48,887 bases of DNA from an uncultured delta proteobacterium (GCA_963804165.1 CAWDPO010000029.1:1-48887); one strand, 5' to 3'; numbered from the stretch's first letter, positions 29,672 to 39,351 are shown. Numbers and translations: made by a program. The notes: a model not told the origin generated them from the letters alone.

Positions 29672-30407
29672 ATGGCTCAGACTATAGAAAATATTGTCGA
29701 ACCGAATGATTCCAGCCTCGACCTCGGAGATGGTGTCAATCCCGGGTCAAGCCGGAAACGTGAACGCTTATGTGTCACGGCCAAAGAATGGCACGAGTCT
29801 CGGTACGGTAATCGTGATTCACGAAAACAGGGGACTCGTCGGGCATATCAAAGACGTCGCCCGCCGCTTCGCCAAAGACGGCTTTGCCGCGATCGCCGTG
29901 GATTGCATGAGCCGGATCGGCGGCAGTGATAAATGGAACGGCAGCGACGAAGCCACCAAGGAAATTCAGAAAGTAAACGGCACCATGGTAGCCGAGGATC
30001 TGACGTCAGCCGTGGCCTATATGAAAAAGCAGAACTACGTCAATGGTAAATTCGGCGTCGTTGGCTATTGCTGGGGCGGCGGCCAGTCGCTAAACTTCGC
30101 GACCAAGTGTAAGGATCTCAATGCGGCGGTGGTTTACTACGGCCGCAATCCCGATCCGCTCGATTCCGTCGCTAACATTCCGTGCGCCGTAATGGGCAAT
30201 TATGCCGCGGAGGATCCGAACATTATGCCGGGTGTCGAGCCTTTAAAGGCTGCGTTGGCAAAGGCCGGCAAGAGTTTCGATTGTAAAGTTTTTCCGGGAG
30301 CCAAGCATGCCTTCAACAACAATACCAATGCCGACCGCTACGATCCCGAAGCGGCAAAGGATGCCTGGGCAAGAACCACTAGTTTTTTCAAATCTAAATT
30401 AGCTTAA
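29672..30407 (+). CDS. Dienelactone hydrolase family protein (YghX-like), frameshift near 29,720
   Basis: VIHENRGL, GYCWGG, GAKHAFNN; AAGGAGG RBS and ATG at 29,672 (MAQTIENIVEPNDSSL) lie in a different frame from ORF 29694-30407. Confidence 0.85.
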
Positions 30408-30446
30408 AAAATCGGCGCAGTTAACGCGCGTAAGCGGCATGCGGCC

Positions 30447-30803
30447 TTACTTGGTTGAGGTAGGTTGCATGCCGCTTTCGTTTTTCTCGGCGAGTTCGGG
30501 GCGCTGGCCCACGCCCATCCGGGCGACATCGGGGGTGATGATGTAAGGACCCTGAGAAGTATCGCGCCAAATCTGTTTGGATAATTCGGCATTGCCGCCG
30601 GTGACGACATAGGAAAGCGCGCCGCTCAATGCGCCGAACGTCACCGAAATCGCCTTGACGGGTAGAAACCACATATTGCCGACGGTGACGCCGACACCGA
30701 CGCCGGCTTTTTCAATAACGTCTTCTGCTCTGAGCAGGCCAGTGGGTACAAGAGCGAGCGAAAGGGCCAATACCGCAGGGCCGAGCTTCGATAGTTTTGA
30801 CAT
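30447..30803 (-). CDS. Exported/membrane hypothetical protein
   Basis: GAGG RBS, signal peptide MSKLSKLG...LLRA, hydrophobic Gly-rich segments and GPYIITP. Confidence 0.65.
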   Translation of the reverse strand: MSKLSKLGPAVLALSLALVPTGLLRAEDVIEKAGVGVGVTVGNMWFLPVKAISVTFGALSGALSYVVTGGNAELSKQIWRDTSQGPYIITPDVARMGVGQRPELAEKNESGMQPTSTK

Positions 30804-30807
30804 CGGT

Positions 30808-31248
30808 CTAACCTCGTAAGAATAATTTCGCGCGGATTGCGTCGACGCCGTGTGTCGGATTCCAATAGCGCCGCACGCCGAAGTAGTAACAGCAGGCATC
30901 ATTATCAAGATCGTTATTGAAGCAGCGCAGCTGTCCGTCCTGAAAACGTACTCGGGCGAGGCAGGTGCCGCCCGGAATCGACGACGTCATCACCTCCGTG
31001 ACCACGCCAAGACCCCATTGCTCGTAGCGTAAATGATTGACTTCATCGCCGACCCGCAAATACAGTCTCTTTCCTTCACTAGAAGCGAGGGTTCCTTCGA
31101 TCCGACGATGAAAGTGCTTAAGCGTCAGGTCGACGTTGGGAACGGGCGACTCGTGGCTCTGATGCGTCGACGCGATTCGTTGTTGGCAATCGCGATTGGG
31201 CTTATCGACCTGGTTGCCGCGCTTTCGCGGTGAGTGACCTTTGCGCAC
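30808..31248 (-). CDS. Small hypothetical protein with a DUF3553-like beta-barrel domain (start uncertain)
   Basis: YLRVGDEVNH...WGLGVV...RVRFQDG...CCYYFG resembles a conserved deltaproteobacterial small protein; the N-terminal part of the ORF may be spurious. Confidence 0.5.
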   Translation of the reverse strand: MRKGHSPRKRGNQVDKPNRDCQQRIASTHQSHESPVPNVDLTLKHFHRRIEGTLASSEGKRLYLRVGDEVNHLRYEQWGLGVVTEVMTSSIPGGTCLARVRFQDGQLRCFNNDLDNDACCYYFGVRRYWNPTHGVDAIRAKLFLRG

Positions 31249-31446
31249 AGCTCATCCTTTAAACAAATGAATTTCTTCCCTCTTAATTTTCCACAGGCAT
31301 CAAGCGTTCTCAAGCAAGATGCCCCATAATCACAGAAATCGCGTTCATTAGTCAAGTTCTCAAAGGGGACAATAATTGCTGTCACTTTGCTTGGAGCGAG
31401 CCGGAAGTACGCTTGGACCTAATTTCATTTCAATATCATGAGTTTG

Positions 31447-32319
31447 TTACGATTCCAAAAAATTCGCGACAACTTCCGCCAACTGCTCGGGATTGTCTTG
31501 ATGCACCATATGACCGGCGCCATCGATCGTCACGCTCCGGTGGCTTGCGATGGCGTCGTATCGTTCCTGTTTGTCGGTGCGCCGCGCCTGGCGACTTTCT
31601 TTGCCGTCGACGATCAGCACTGGACACTCGATGCGACGAAGAAATTCGAGAGCCTGCGCCGTATAGAACGGTTGTGGCGCGGCGGTGCGGTGCAGCGGAT
31701 CGAATTTCCAAATCCACTTTCCCTTGTCGTTTTGTTTCATCGCGGCGCGCGCCAGATCCAGCGCCGTTGCGGGATTCAGTCTCGGATTGGTTTGGCGCAG
31801 CTGGCTCGCGCCCGCCTCGATGCTGGAGTATTGCCGAAAATGGCGACGTCCGCGCTCGTTGATTTCCGAAATCCACTTTTCCATTCTTAACGGCGCATCT
31901 GAAAAGCTCATGCCGACGGGTCCGATGCCTTCGATCAGGACGAGCTTAGAGACGCTCGCGGGAAAAGTCCCGGCGTAGAGAAGTGAAATGGTGCCGCCCA
32001 TGGAATGGCCGATGAGTTTGAAACGGGTCGCGCCGAGTTCTCGCACGACGCAATCCAGATCGAACACGTAGTCAGGAAAATAGTAATATCCGCCGGCGCC
32101 AACCCAGCCACTGTCGCCGTGACCGCGGCAGTCGGGCGCGATGATCCAACTCGTTCGGTCAAGTCTCTTTTTCAAGGCTTCGACCAAAGCCCGCCAGCTG
32201 TGTGCAAGATCGAGGTAGCCGTGGATCAGCAGGATAGGCTCGCCGTCGGGCTCGCCCCATTCGAGATAATGAATCGGCAGCCCCTGAGAATAGACGAACT
32301 TTTCACGGGGCTCCGCCAT
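31447..32319 (-). CDS. Alpha/beta fold hydrolase
   Basis: LLIHGYLD, PDCRGHGDS, GHSMGG, GAGHMVHQDNPE. Confidence 0.9.
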   Translation of the reverse strand: MAEPREKFVYSQGLPIHYLEWGEPDGEPILLIHGYLDLAHSWRALVEALKKRLDRTSWIIAPDCRGHGDSGWVGAGGYYYFPDYVFDLDCVVRELGATRFKLIGHSMGGTISLLYAGTFPASVSKLVLIEGIGPVGMSFSDAPLRMEKWISEINERGRRHFRQYSSIEAGASQLRQTNPRLNPATALDLARAAMKQNDKGKWIWKFDPLHRTAAPQPFYTAQALEFLRRIECPVLIVDGKESRQARRTDKQERYDAIASHRSVTIDGAGHMVHQDNPEQLAEVVANFLES

Positions 32320-32323
32320 TGGA

Positions 32324-32779
32324 CTACAGGCGATCGATCGGCACTTCGACGAACTCGTTCTTTTCGTCGGACCAGGCAAATGCCCGGATGACCTTCACGG
32401 CTCGATTGTATACGGAAATGACGACTTGCGCCGCATCCGGATATGTCGGTTCGCCGAACGGGCTGGCAAAGGCTTTGTCTTCATCGGAGAAATACGCGTC
32501 ATGGTCGGGATGCGAGTGATAAAACGCTTTAAGCGTTTGTCCTTTTTCCTCGCTTTGCCGTATTACCGACTCGAGTTCCAAGGGATCCACGGCATAAGCA
32601 ATCGCCGCTGTGCGAGGATAGGTCTGAGGATCGAGCGCGTGAAGCTTATTCTGGATATTTTTCAGGCGAAGAACAGAGTCAATCCCACGGGCTGAAAAGA
32701 TCACCCCGCAACATTCCTCGGGAAACGTTTCCTGCGCGTGCCGTGAAATCTCGTTCCATGCCTCTTGCGTGAGCAGCAT
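32324..32779 (-). CDS. JAB/MPN+ (M67, Mec-like) metallopeptidase
   Basis: PEECCG and the JAMM motif YHSHPDHDAYFSDED. Confidence 0.9.
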   Translation of the reverse strand: MLLTQEAWNEISRHAQETFPEECCGVIFSARGIDSVLRLKNIQNKLHALDPQTYPRTAAIAYAVDPLELESVIRQSEEKGQTLKAFYHSHPDHDAYFSDEDKAFASPFGEPTYPDAAQVVISVYNRAVKVIRAFAWSDEKNEFVEVPIDRL

Positions 32780-32976
32780 CTTTTTCTATCTTCGTGCGCG
32801 TTGTTTAACGCCGGTTAAGTCTTTTTTACCATGAGCAGAGGCGTCATTACACATCCCCCGTGCTCGCCGGGTGGATGAAGACATCCGCAGAGGTTCGCGT
32901 GGGTGATCCTTTGATCGCGCCGCCTGGAGTCTCCGCGCGTTGTCGATAACCTCGCGGCGACGGGAACAAGAGAAGA

Positions 32977-33672
32977 TTAGAAAGCCGGCTGCTTGGCGCG
33001 TTGGAAGCGTTGGTACGCGTCGAGGACCTGCGCGGCGAATTCGGATGGAGATTCGATATTGTTATCGAGGCGGTTTTGGATTTCCGCCGGTCCGGAGTTG
33101 TACGCGCTGAGCGCGAGATTGATATCCTGAAACTGCTTCTTAAGATCGTGGAGATAGTAAACACCCAAACGGATGTTGAGCAGCGGATCGTCCAGGGACT
33201 CCGGTTTAAACGCGGTCAGGCGAAGCCCGTATTCGTGTCCCACCGTGTGGGTCAACGATCTGCCTGTATCGGGCATAATTTGCATAAGTCCGCGCGCGCC
33301 CATGGGCGACACCGTCGTGTATTGAAAGCCGCTTTCCACTCGGATCAGCGCGAGCACCAACAACGGATCGATTTTGCGCTTGGCGCTTTCTTCCAGAATC
33401 ACCTCCGAGACTTGCCAGATTTCCGCTTCCGTAATATCTCGACGATGCGACTTGACGATCGAATAAATCTTAACGAGTTCTTTGGAACGCGGCTTCGCCG
33501 AAACCTCGCTGACTCTTACGCTGGCCGCGCGACTCGGTGTTTGAGAATGCTCGGATACCGACTGGAGCCCAAAAAGCGCGGGCGCGAACAAGGCAACAGC
33601 GAGAACGAATTTTGTAACATGGATCCCGCAGCTCAAAGTACGAGCAGGCGTTTTTTGATGACGGTTCTCCAT
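32977..33672 (-). CDS. Lytic transglycosylase (SLT domain)
   Basis: ALIRVESGF, GARGLMQIMP, NIRLGVYYL, ALSAYNSGP; N-terminal hydrophobic anchor. Confidence 0.9.
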   Translation of the reverse strand: MENRHQKTPARTLSCGIHVTKFVLAVALFAPALFGLQSVSEHSQTPSRAASVRVSEVSAKPRSKELVKIYSIVKSHRRDITEAEIWQVSEVILEESAKRKIDPLLVLALIRVESGFQYTTVSPMGARGLMQIMPDTGRSLTHTVGHEYGLRLTAFKPESLDDPLLNIRLGVYYLHDLKKQFQDINLALSAYNSGPAEIQNRLDNNIESPSEFAAQVLDAYQRFQRAKQPAF

Positions 33673-33973
33673 ACTTTCACCTCGGAAGCTGGCTTGTCGA
33701 AAGTGGCGGAGCAAGCGCAAATTCCAAAACTTTTGCCTTGCTATCAGACCGCCCAAATCATGTCAACGCAGAGGAGGAAAAAAACTTGGTCGAATCGGCG
33801 CGATCCAGACTGTTTCGCGCAAGCGCCGGTGCAAAACAAAGACCGCCACGAATTTGTGAACGCCATTTACGCGAACGCGTATTTTTTGGACAATCGATTC
33901 AACGAATCGAGGCGCCGGAAAGGACAGAGAATCTTCCGCCTTCTCTCCGGCGCCGCTCGATTTGCAAATGTTT

Positions 33974-35545
33974 TTAGCGGCCGGTGCGGGCCAAGGAGTG
34001 TACCCAGCCGTACATGCGGCGCTTCGCGTTCTGAATATCTTTGTCAGTAAACCACTTGTTGAGCTCTACTCTATCGACGGGATAAACCGGACGCATGAAG
34101 TCGCTCTCGTAACCGAAAGGTACGGTGGCATCGATGCCCATGCCGCCTTCGAAACTGGTATTCGATGCCGTCCACTCTTTTTCGCCCGCGGTCATGCGTT
34201 CGGCCGGCATGAAGGTTTGGCCGCGACCGCCTGGTAGGGGGTTGATGATATCGGTTTTCGGATTGACGCGGGTGGTGAGATTCCAGATGATGTCGTCCAT
34301 GTCGTAGGGGTCGGCATCTTCGCTGACGGCGATAACTATTCGCGAGCCTTGCGAGGTCGCCAGGATGGCCGCCATGAAATTTCGCTGCCAGCCTTCTTCG
34401 ATGCGGTTGCGTTTTTTGACCTGAATGATCGCGCCGCCCCAGTCGGTCATGCAATAGGGAATGTTCACGTCCATGATGATACCCGGCTGCATTCTTTCGC
34501 AGAGCTCGAACATCGCCGCCTCGCGCACCGTGGTGTCGATGTTGTGGTCGTCGAGGGTGTGCACGCCGAGAGTGAAAATGATCGGCTTGCCTTCGCGTTT
34601 GCGCGTCGTCACGGCGGTCACGTGGAACGTCGGTGCCTTGTAGGCTTTGCCCATGTAGCCCGCCCATTCCGGATGGAAATGGAAGCGGCCCTGTATTCCG
34701 GCCTTTTCGGATTCCGCGGTCTCGAAGCGGCGGTCGCGGGGATTGACGTAGCCTTCGAGGATGACTTCGGCGTCGGCCAATCCGTAAGCATCGACGGTGC
34801 GCGACTTGACTAAACGCATCGGCGCGCCTTGCACCGCGCCCGCGATGCCGACTTCGTCGCAGCCCTGCGGCAATATCACGTAGTCGAATCCGGCGCCGGC
34901 CAAAAGCGACCCGGCCGGCGGCAAACCGAAGTTCATGGTGATCGGCACCATCTTGTTGTCTTTGTAGTACTTGCTCACCACTTGCCACATGTGCGAGCCG
35001 GGCGAAATTTGAAACGTCCCGACGTTGCCCCAGCGAAAATTCATGCGATTGTAGCCGAGATCGGTGCCGCCGTTGAAATATTCGCCGGAGATCAGACGAT
35101 TGCCGGAACCGACGGTCAACTCGGGCTCGATGTGGGTATGGCGGATCGGCACGACATAGTCGTTGGCTTCCGCGGGTTTTTCGTACACCTCTTCTTGCAC
35201 CGGCGCATCCTTTTGATCGACGACGATCGGCGCAATCGGATGAGTGATGGCATAGGCCAATTTTCTGGTGCGGTCGGCGTGATCCTTCCAGCCGAACATC
35301 TTATTGATGACGTTCATGTCGCCGAACAGATTGGTGATGCAACGATTTTGGGGTTTGCCCTTGACGTTGTTGAAAAGGATCGGACAGCCGCCATCCAATT
35401 GTTTCTGGATGCCGGTGATTTCGAGATCGGGATCGACCTCTTTGTCCGTGACGATAATATCGCCTTCCTTCTTCATCCATTCGATCGCGCGTCGCAGATC
35501 TCTGACCTCTTCGGGCGCCGCGCCGTCGCGTTTTGCGTTTGCCAT
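33974..35545 (-). CDS. UbiD family decarboxylase, phthaloyl-CoA decarboxylase-like (UbiD-3)
   Basis: UbiD motifs plus LGYNRMNFRWGNVGTFQISPGSHMWQ, QGRFHFHPEWAGYMGKAY and C-terminal SLARTGR, which I recall from anaerobic phthaloyl-CoA decarboxylases (recall only, not searched). Confidence 0.8.
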   Translation of the reverse strand: MANAKRDGAAPEEVRDLRRAIEWMKKEGDIIVTDKEVDPDLEITGIQKQLDGGCPILFNNVKGKPQNRCITNLFGDMNVINKMFGWKDHADRTRKLAYAITHPIAPIVVDQKDAPVQEEVYEKPAEANDYVVPIRHTHIEPELTVGSGNRLISGEYFNGGTDLGYNRMNFRWGNVGTFQISPGSHMWQVVSKYYKDNKMVPITMNFGLPPAGSLLAGAGFDYVILPQGCDEVGIAGAVQGAPMRLVKSRTVDAYGLADAEVILEGYVNPRDRRFETAESEKAGIQGRFHFHPEWAGYMGKAYKAPTFHVTAVTTRKREGKPIIFTLGVHTLDDHNIDTTVREAAMFELCERMQPGIIMDVNIPYCMTDWGGAIIQVKKRNRIEEGWQRNFMAAILATSQGSRIVIAVSEDADPYDMDDIIWNLTTRVNPKTDIINPLPGGRGQTFMPAERMTAGEKEWTASNTSFEGGMGIDATVPFGYESDFMRPVYPVDRVELNKWFTDKDIQNAKRRMYGWVHSLARTGR

Positions 35546-35877
35546 CGCTTTCCTCCAAATAGTTTACGTCATTTTTTCAGCTGCGATCGCTACGTTCCTA
35601 CGTGCGAAAAATACTGATCCGACCGGAAAACAACGAGAGTTTCAAAACCAAACGGTTTTACGTTTATGGATGAAGAATTCTTAGAATCAGATGCCTGGAC
35701 AGGAGTTACGCTTATACAACATTTTTACCAAAGTCAACGAACGCGGCGACGGTACGGTTTGCGCCACGAGCCGACGCGGCACGGCCGAGCGTAGCTTGCG
35801 ACCACGACCCTTTACAGTTCGTCAGCGGCTTGCTATCTGTGCTTGAACTATTTTTTTATTGGCTTGGGAGAGAACTT

Positions 35878-38800
35878 ATGACGGACAGTGTTCCGCGTTC
35901 CAAACAAGATTGGCTGCTCCTCGTCGGACTTTTCTGTTTCTTTTTTTCCGGCGCCGCGGGATTGGTTTACCAGGTAGTGTGGACGCGCATGCTCACGCAA
36001 ATCTTCGGCAACACGACCTACGCTATCGCGACCGTGTTGTCCGCCTTCATGGCGGGTTTGGCCATCGGCAGCTATCTTTTCGGCCAGATCGCCGACCGCG
36101 GCAAGAACGATTTTTTGCTGTACGGCATTCTCGAAGCGGGCGTCGGCGTGTACGGTTTCCTGGTGCCGTGGATTTTTATAATGGCGCAGAAAGTTTACGG
36201 GCCGATTTTTGTCTTGAACGAAAGCTATCCGTTTCTTTTCAACCTCGTGTTGTTTTTCCTTTCATTTGTTTTGCTCGTGTTCCCGACGATGTTGATGGGC
36301 GCGACCCTGCCGGTGCTCAGCCGGTTCTACGTGCGCAGCTTCGCGCAGTTCGGCCGCCGTGTCGGCGACCTCTATGCGACCAATACGCTCGGCGCGGTGA
36401 TCGGCTGCGCCGCGGGCGGGTTTTTTCTGATCCCGCAGTTGGGCATGCGCATGACCGTTTTCGTGGCTGCGGCGGTCAATATGGTGATCGCCGCGGTGAT
36501 TCTGATCACCGACCGTTTGCGCGACAAAGCGCCGGTGGAAATCGTTCCGGAAGCCGCCGCCGAAGAAACCCGCGCGGCGGAGCCGCAAAGCTCATCGACG
36601 TTGGCTTGGGTGCTGCTGACGTCCTTTGCGCTTTCGGGGTTTGCGTCTTTGGTTTACGAGAATGCTTGGACGAGGTCTCTCACGCTGGTGATCGGCAGCT
36701 CGATTTATTCCTTTTCCACGATGCTCGTGACCTTCCTGATCGGCTTGGCTCTCGGCGGCTTTATCTATGCGCGGGTGTTCGGCGGCCGCGAGGCCCGCCT
36801 GAGCACGTTCGGCCTGATCGAACTTTGGGTCGGATTGTCCGCTCTGGCAACCATTCCTTTGTTCGAACGATTGCCGTTGATATTCGTCCGGCTACTGCAT
36901 GGCTTTGGCGATACCTTCACGGTGTTTCTCTATCTCCAGGTGTTTTTATCGGCGCTGGTGATGTTTATTCCGACGGTTCTCTTGGGAATGACGTTCCCTT
37001 TGGTGGCGCGGTTGTTCACCCAGAGTCTTTATCGAGTCGGCAGCGGCGTCGGCAGCTCGTACGCGGCCAATACCGTGGGCGCGGTGCTTGGAGCTTTCGC
37101 CGGTGGATTTATCCTGATTCCGAATCTCGGCGTGCAGAATACCATCATCTTCGCGGTCGTCATGAATCTCCTGATCGGCTCCTGGCTGGTGATCAGCGAT
37201 CCGAAACTGTCTTTCATTCCGCGCTACGGCCTCGGCCTGGCGGTGCTCGTGTTGGCGATCATCATCCCCTTCAAGGTGCACCGTTGGGACCCGCATATTC
37301 TCACCAGCGGCGTAACGATTTACGCCGATCGTTATGAATCACTGCCGACGGATTCCTTGCGCGTCGAGGAAATGAGGCGGGACGACGTGCTTTTTTACCG
37401 CGAGGGATTGACGACCACCGTCAGCGTGCACAACATTCCGGGCAGCGACTACGTCTATTTTAAGTCCAACGGCAAGATTGACGGTTCCTACGGTGACGCA
37501 CTCAGCCAGCTGCTGACCAGTTATATCGCGATGTTGCTTCATCCGACGGCGGAGAGGGCGCTGACCATCGGCCTCGGCAGCGGCATGTCGGCGAAAGCGC
37601 TAACCACTTTTAAATCGTTAAAAAAGATTGAAATCATCGAAATCGAGCCGGCGATGATCCCGGCGAGCAAGTTCTTCGACGAAGTCTCGGTGCGGCTCGA
37701 TAAGCTGCCGAGTGGAGTCTCTTTTCCTTCTACCCCCAACGTGCGCCCGCGATTCGTCTATGATTCCGCGACCGACGATCCCCAGACCCGCGTGTGGTAC
37801 GACGGGAATCAAAAGCGACTCTACTACAAGGGCGTGATGGAGCCGGCGGCTCGCACCGAGCTGATGAAACGCTCCGAGGATCTCGATTATCGCGGCGCCA
37901 TCGACCGTTTGTCGCGCCTCGCACGAAACTCGCGCCATTCGGGCGTCTTGGAGGACCCGAGGGTGCAAGTGATTCCGACGGACGGGAGAAACTACATTCT
38001 CGCCACACCCGAAAAATACGACGTGATTACCGCCGAGCCGTCGAACCCGTGGATCGCCGGCATAGCGAATCTTTATACGCGTGAATTTTATGAAGTTGTC
38101 AAATCCAAGATTAAAGATGACGGCATATTCGCCCAATGGTTTCACAATTATTCGATGTCGCCGGACGACTTCCGCATGGTGTTTCGCACATTCGTCGAAG
38201 CATTTCCCCACGTGTCGCTGTGGGGCATGAAGGAAAGCGACTTTTTGCTGGTCGGGAGCAAGAAGGAACAAGTTTTCGACTACCCGGCGGTTAAAAAGAT
38301 TTACGATAACAATAAGACTTTGCAATCGGACCTAGACTACCTCGGGCTCGCCGACGTCTACGCGGTTCAAGGCTTCTATCGGATGAACCGGGATGGGTTC
38401 TTGGCCTTCTCCAAAGGCGCCGCGATCAACACCGACGATGGCGCTGAGTTGGAATTCTCCGCACCGAAGAATCTCCGTCGGGCGACGACCGAGCTCAATC
38501 GGAGAATCATGAGCCCGTTTCTGCTGGATGCGCCACCGTGGCTCAAGGCAAGGCCTTGGGCCGTGCCGGATGCGATGCATCATTACTATATGGCGCAATC
38601 GTACCTGGCGAGCTTGTCGCGCGGCCGCGCGATGAAAGAAATCGATGAAGCGCTCCGCCTCGAGCCAAAGAACGCGAAATTTCACCTGTTGAAAATGAGG
38701 ATCTTTCTCGAAGAGGACAAAAGCGCGGACGGAGCGAAGGAAGCGGCCGCCGCGCTTGAAAGCGGCGCGGAATACATTGCGGATGTTTTGGCGATGAGCG

Positions 38801-39351
38801 ACGAATTCTATTTGCCGGAAGCTCAAGCGATTTACCGGAAAGTGATCGCAATGGGGAACAAGGAAGTGCTGCCGTACCTTGGATTGGGGAACATCGCGCT
38901 GCATGGCGGCAACCTGCCGGAAGCCGAGAAATGGTTTATCCAAGCGCGGGAGTTGCGAGCTGATCATCCTGCGGTGTTGCTTGCGTGGGGACGATTGACG
39001 GCGGCGAAAGCGCAGAAGCTGACAGACGCCGGAGAGGTAAAAAAACAGATGCAGGAAGCGCGCGTGCTGCTGGAAAAGTCCAAGTCCAAGGGCGAAGATT
39101 CGGCGACGATCCACACGGAGTTGGGCGCCGTGTATTACAAGCTCGCGATGTGGGAAAAGGCCTCAGAAGAGTATTCGCATGCGTTGCGCATGCGGCGGCG
39201 AAGAAACGATCTGCGTTTTTCCCTCGGGCAGTCGTACGCGCAGCTAGGAAAAATCAAAGAAGCGGAACAGAAATATCGGGAAATTCTCTCTCTCAGCCCC
39301 GACGACGCGGAGGCGCTGAAAGCATTGCAAGACATCGGGAAGAGATATTAG
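35878..39351 (+). CDS. Fused multi-TM (MFS-like) / spermidine synthase-like protein with C-terminal TPRs
   Basis: FFSGAAGLVYQVVW repeated as LSGFASLVYENAW, LYATNTLGA/YAANTVGA, IGLGSGMS, EIEP, DGRNY, DVITAEPSNPW, then TPR helices. Confidence 0.88.
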   Translation: MTDSVPRSKQDWLLLVGLFCFFFSGAAGLVYQVVWTRMLTQIFGNTTYAIATVLSAFMAGLAIGSYLFGQIADRGKNDFLLYGILEAGVGVYGFLVPWIFIMAQKVYGPIFVLNESYPFLFNLVLFFLSFVLLVFPTMLMGATLPVLSRFYVRSFAQFGRRVGDLYATNTLGAVIGCAAGGFFLIPQLGMRMTVFVAAAVNMVIAAVILITDRLRDKAPVEIVPEAAAEETRAAEPQSSSTLAWVLLTSFALSGFASLVYENAWTRSLTLVIGSSIYSFSTMLVTFLIGLALGGFIYARVFGGREARLSTFGLIELWVGLSALATIPLFERLPLIFVRLLHGFGDTFTVFLYLQVFLSALVMFIPTVLLGMTFPLVARLFTQSLYRVGSGVGSSYAANTVGAVLGAFAGGFILIPNLGVQNTIIFAVVMNLLIGSWLVISDPKLSFIPRYGLGLAVLVLAIIIPFKVHRWDPHILTSGVTIYADRYESLPTDSLRVEEMRRDDVLFYREGLTTTVSVHNIPGSDYVYFKSNGKIDGSYGDALSQLLTSYIAMLLHPTAERALTIGLGSGMSAKALTTFKSLKKIEIIEIEPAMIPASKFFDEVSVRLDKLPSGVSFPSTPNVRPRFVYDSATDDPQTRVWYDGNQKRLYYKGVMEPAARTELMKRSEDLDYRGAIDRLSRLARNSRHSGVLEDPRVQVIPTDGRNYILATPEKYDVITAEPSNPWIAGIANLYTREFYEVVKSKIKDDGIFAQWFHNYSMSPDDFRMVFRTFVEAFPHVSLWGMKESDFLLVGSKKEQVFDYPAVKKIYDNNKTLQSDLDYLGLADVYAVQGFYRMNRDGFLAFSKGAAINTDDGAELEFSAPKNLRRATTELNRRIMSPFLLDAPPWLKARPWAVPDAMHHYYMAQSYLASLSRGRAMKEIDEALRLEPKNAKFHLLKMRIFLEEDKSADGAKEAAAALESGAEYIADVLAMSDEFYLPEAQAIYRKVIAMGNKEVLPYLGLGNIALHGGNLPEAEKWFIQARELRADHPAVLLAWGRLTAAKAQKLTDAGEVKKQMQEARVLLEKSKSKGEDSATIHTELGAVYYKLAMWEKASEEYSHALRMRRRRNDLRFSLGQSYAQLGKIKEAEQKYREILSLSPDDAEALKALQDIGKRY

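Noticed and set aside
15340-29730. Programmed ribosomal frameshifting
   Set aside because: Breaks fall at unrelated positions in ordinary enzymes without a shared slippery motif; sequencing indels are more likely.
30433-30478. Structured ncRNA between convergent genes
   Set aside because: It is a single imperfect hairpin overlapping a gene end, adequately explained as a terminator-like stem.
33706-33740. Sigma54 promoter upstream of the SLT gene
   Set aside because: GG-to-GC spacing is 11 nt rather than 10.
33001-37337. Long antisense or alternate-frame ORFs (33001-34050, 34071-34988, 35859-37337)
   Set aside because: They are shadow ORFs of well-supported genes in GC-rich DNA, Arg-rich and without recognisable motifs.
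37681-37945. Intein in the spermidine synthase-like gene
   Set aside because: No Cys/Ser start, His-Asn end or recognisable splicing blocks.
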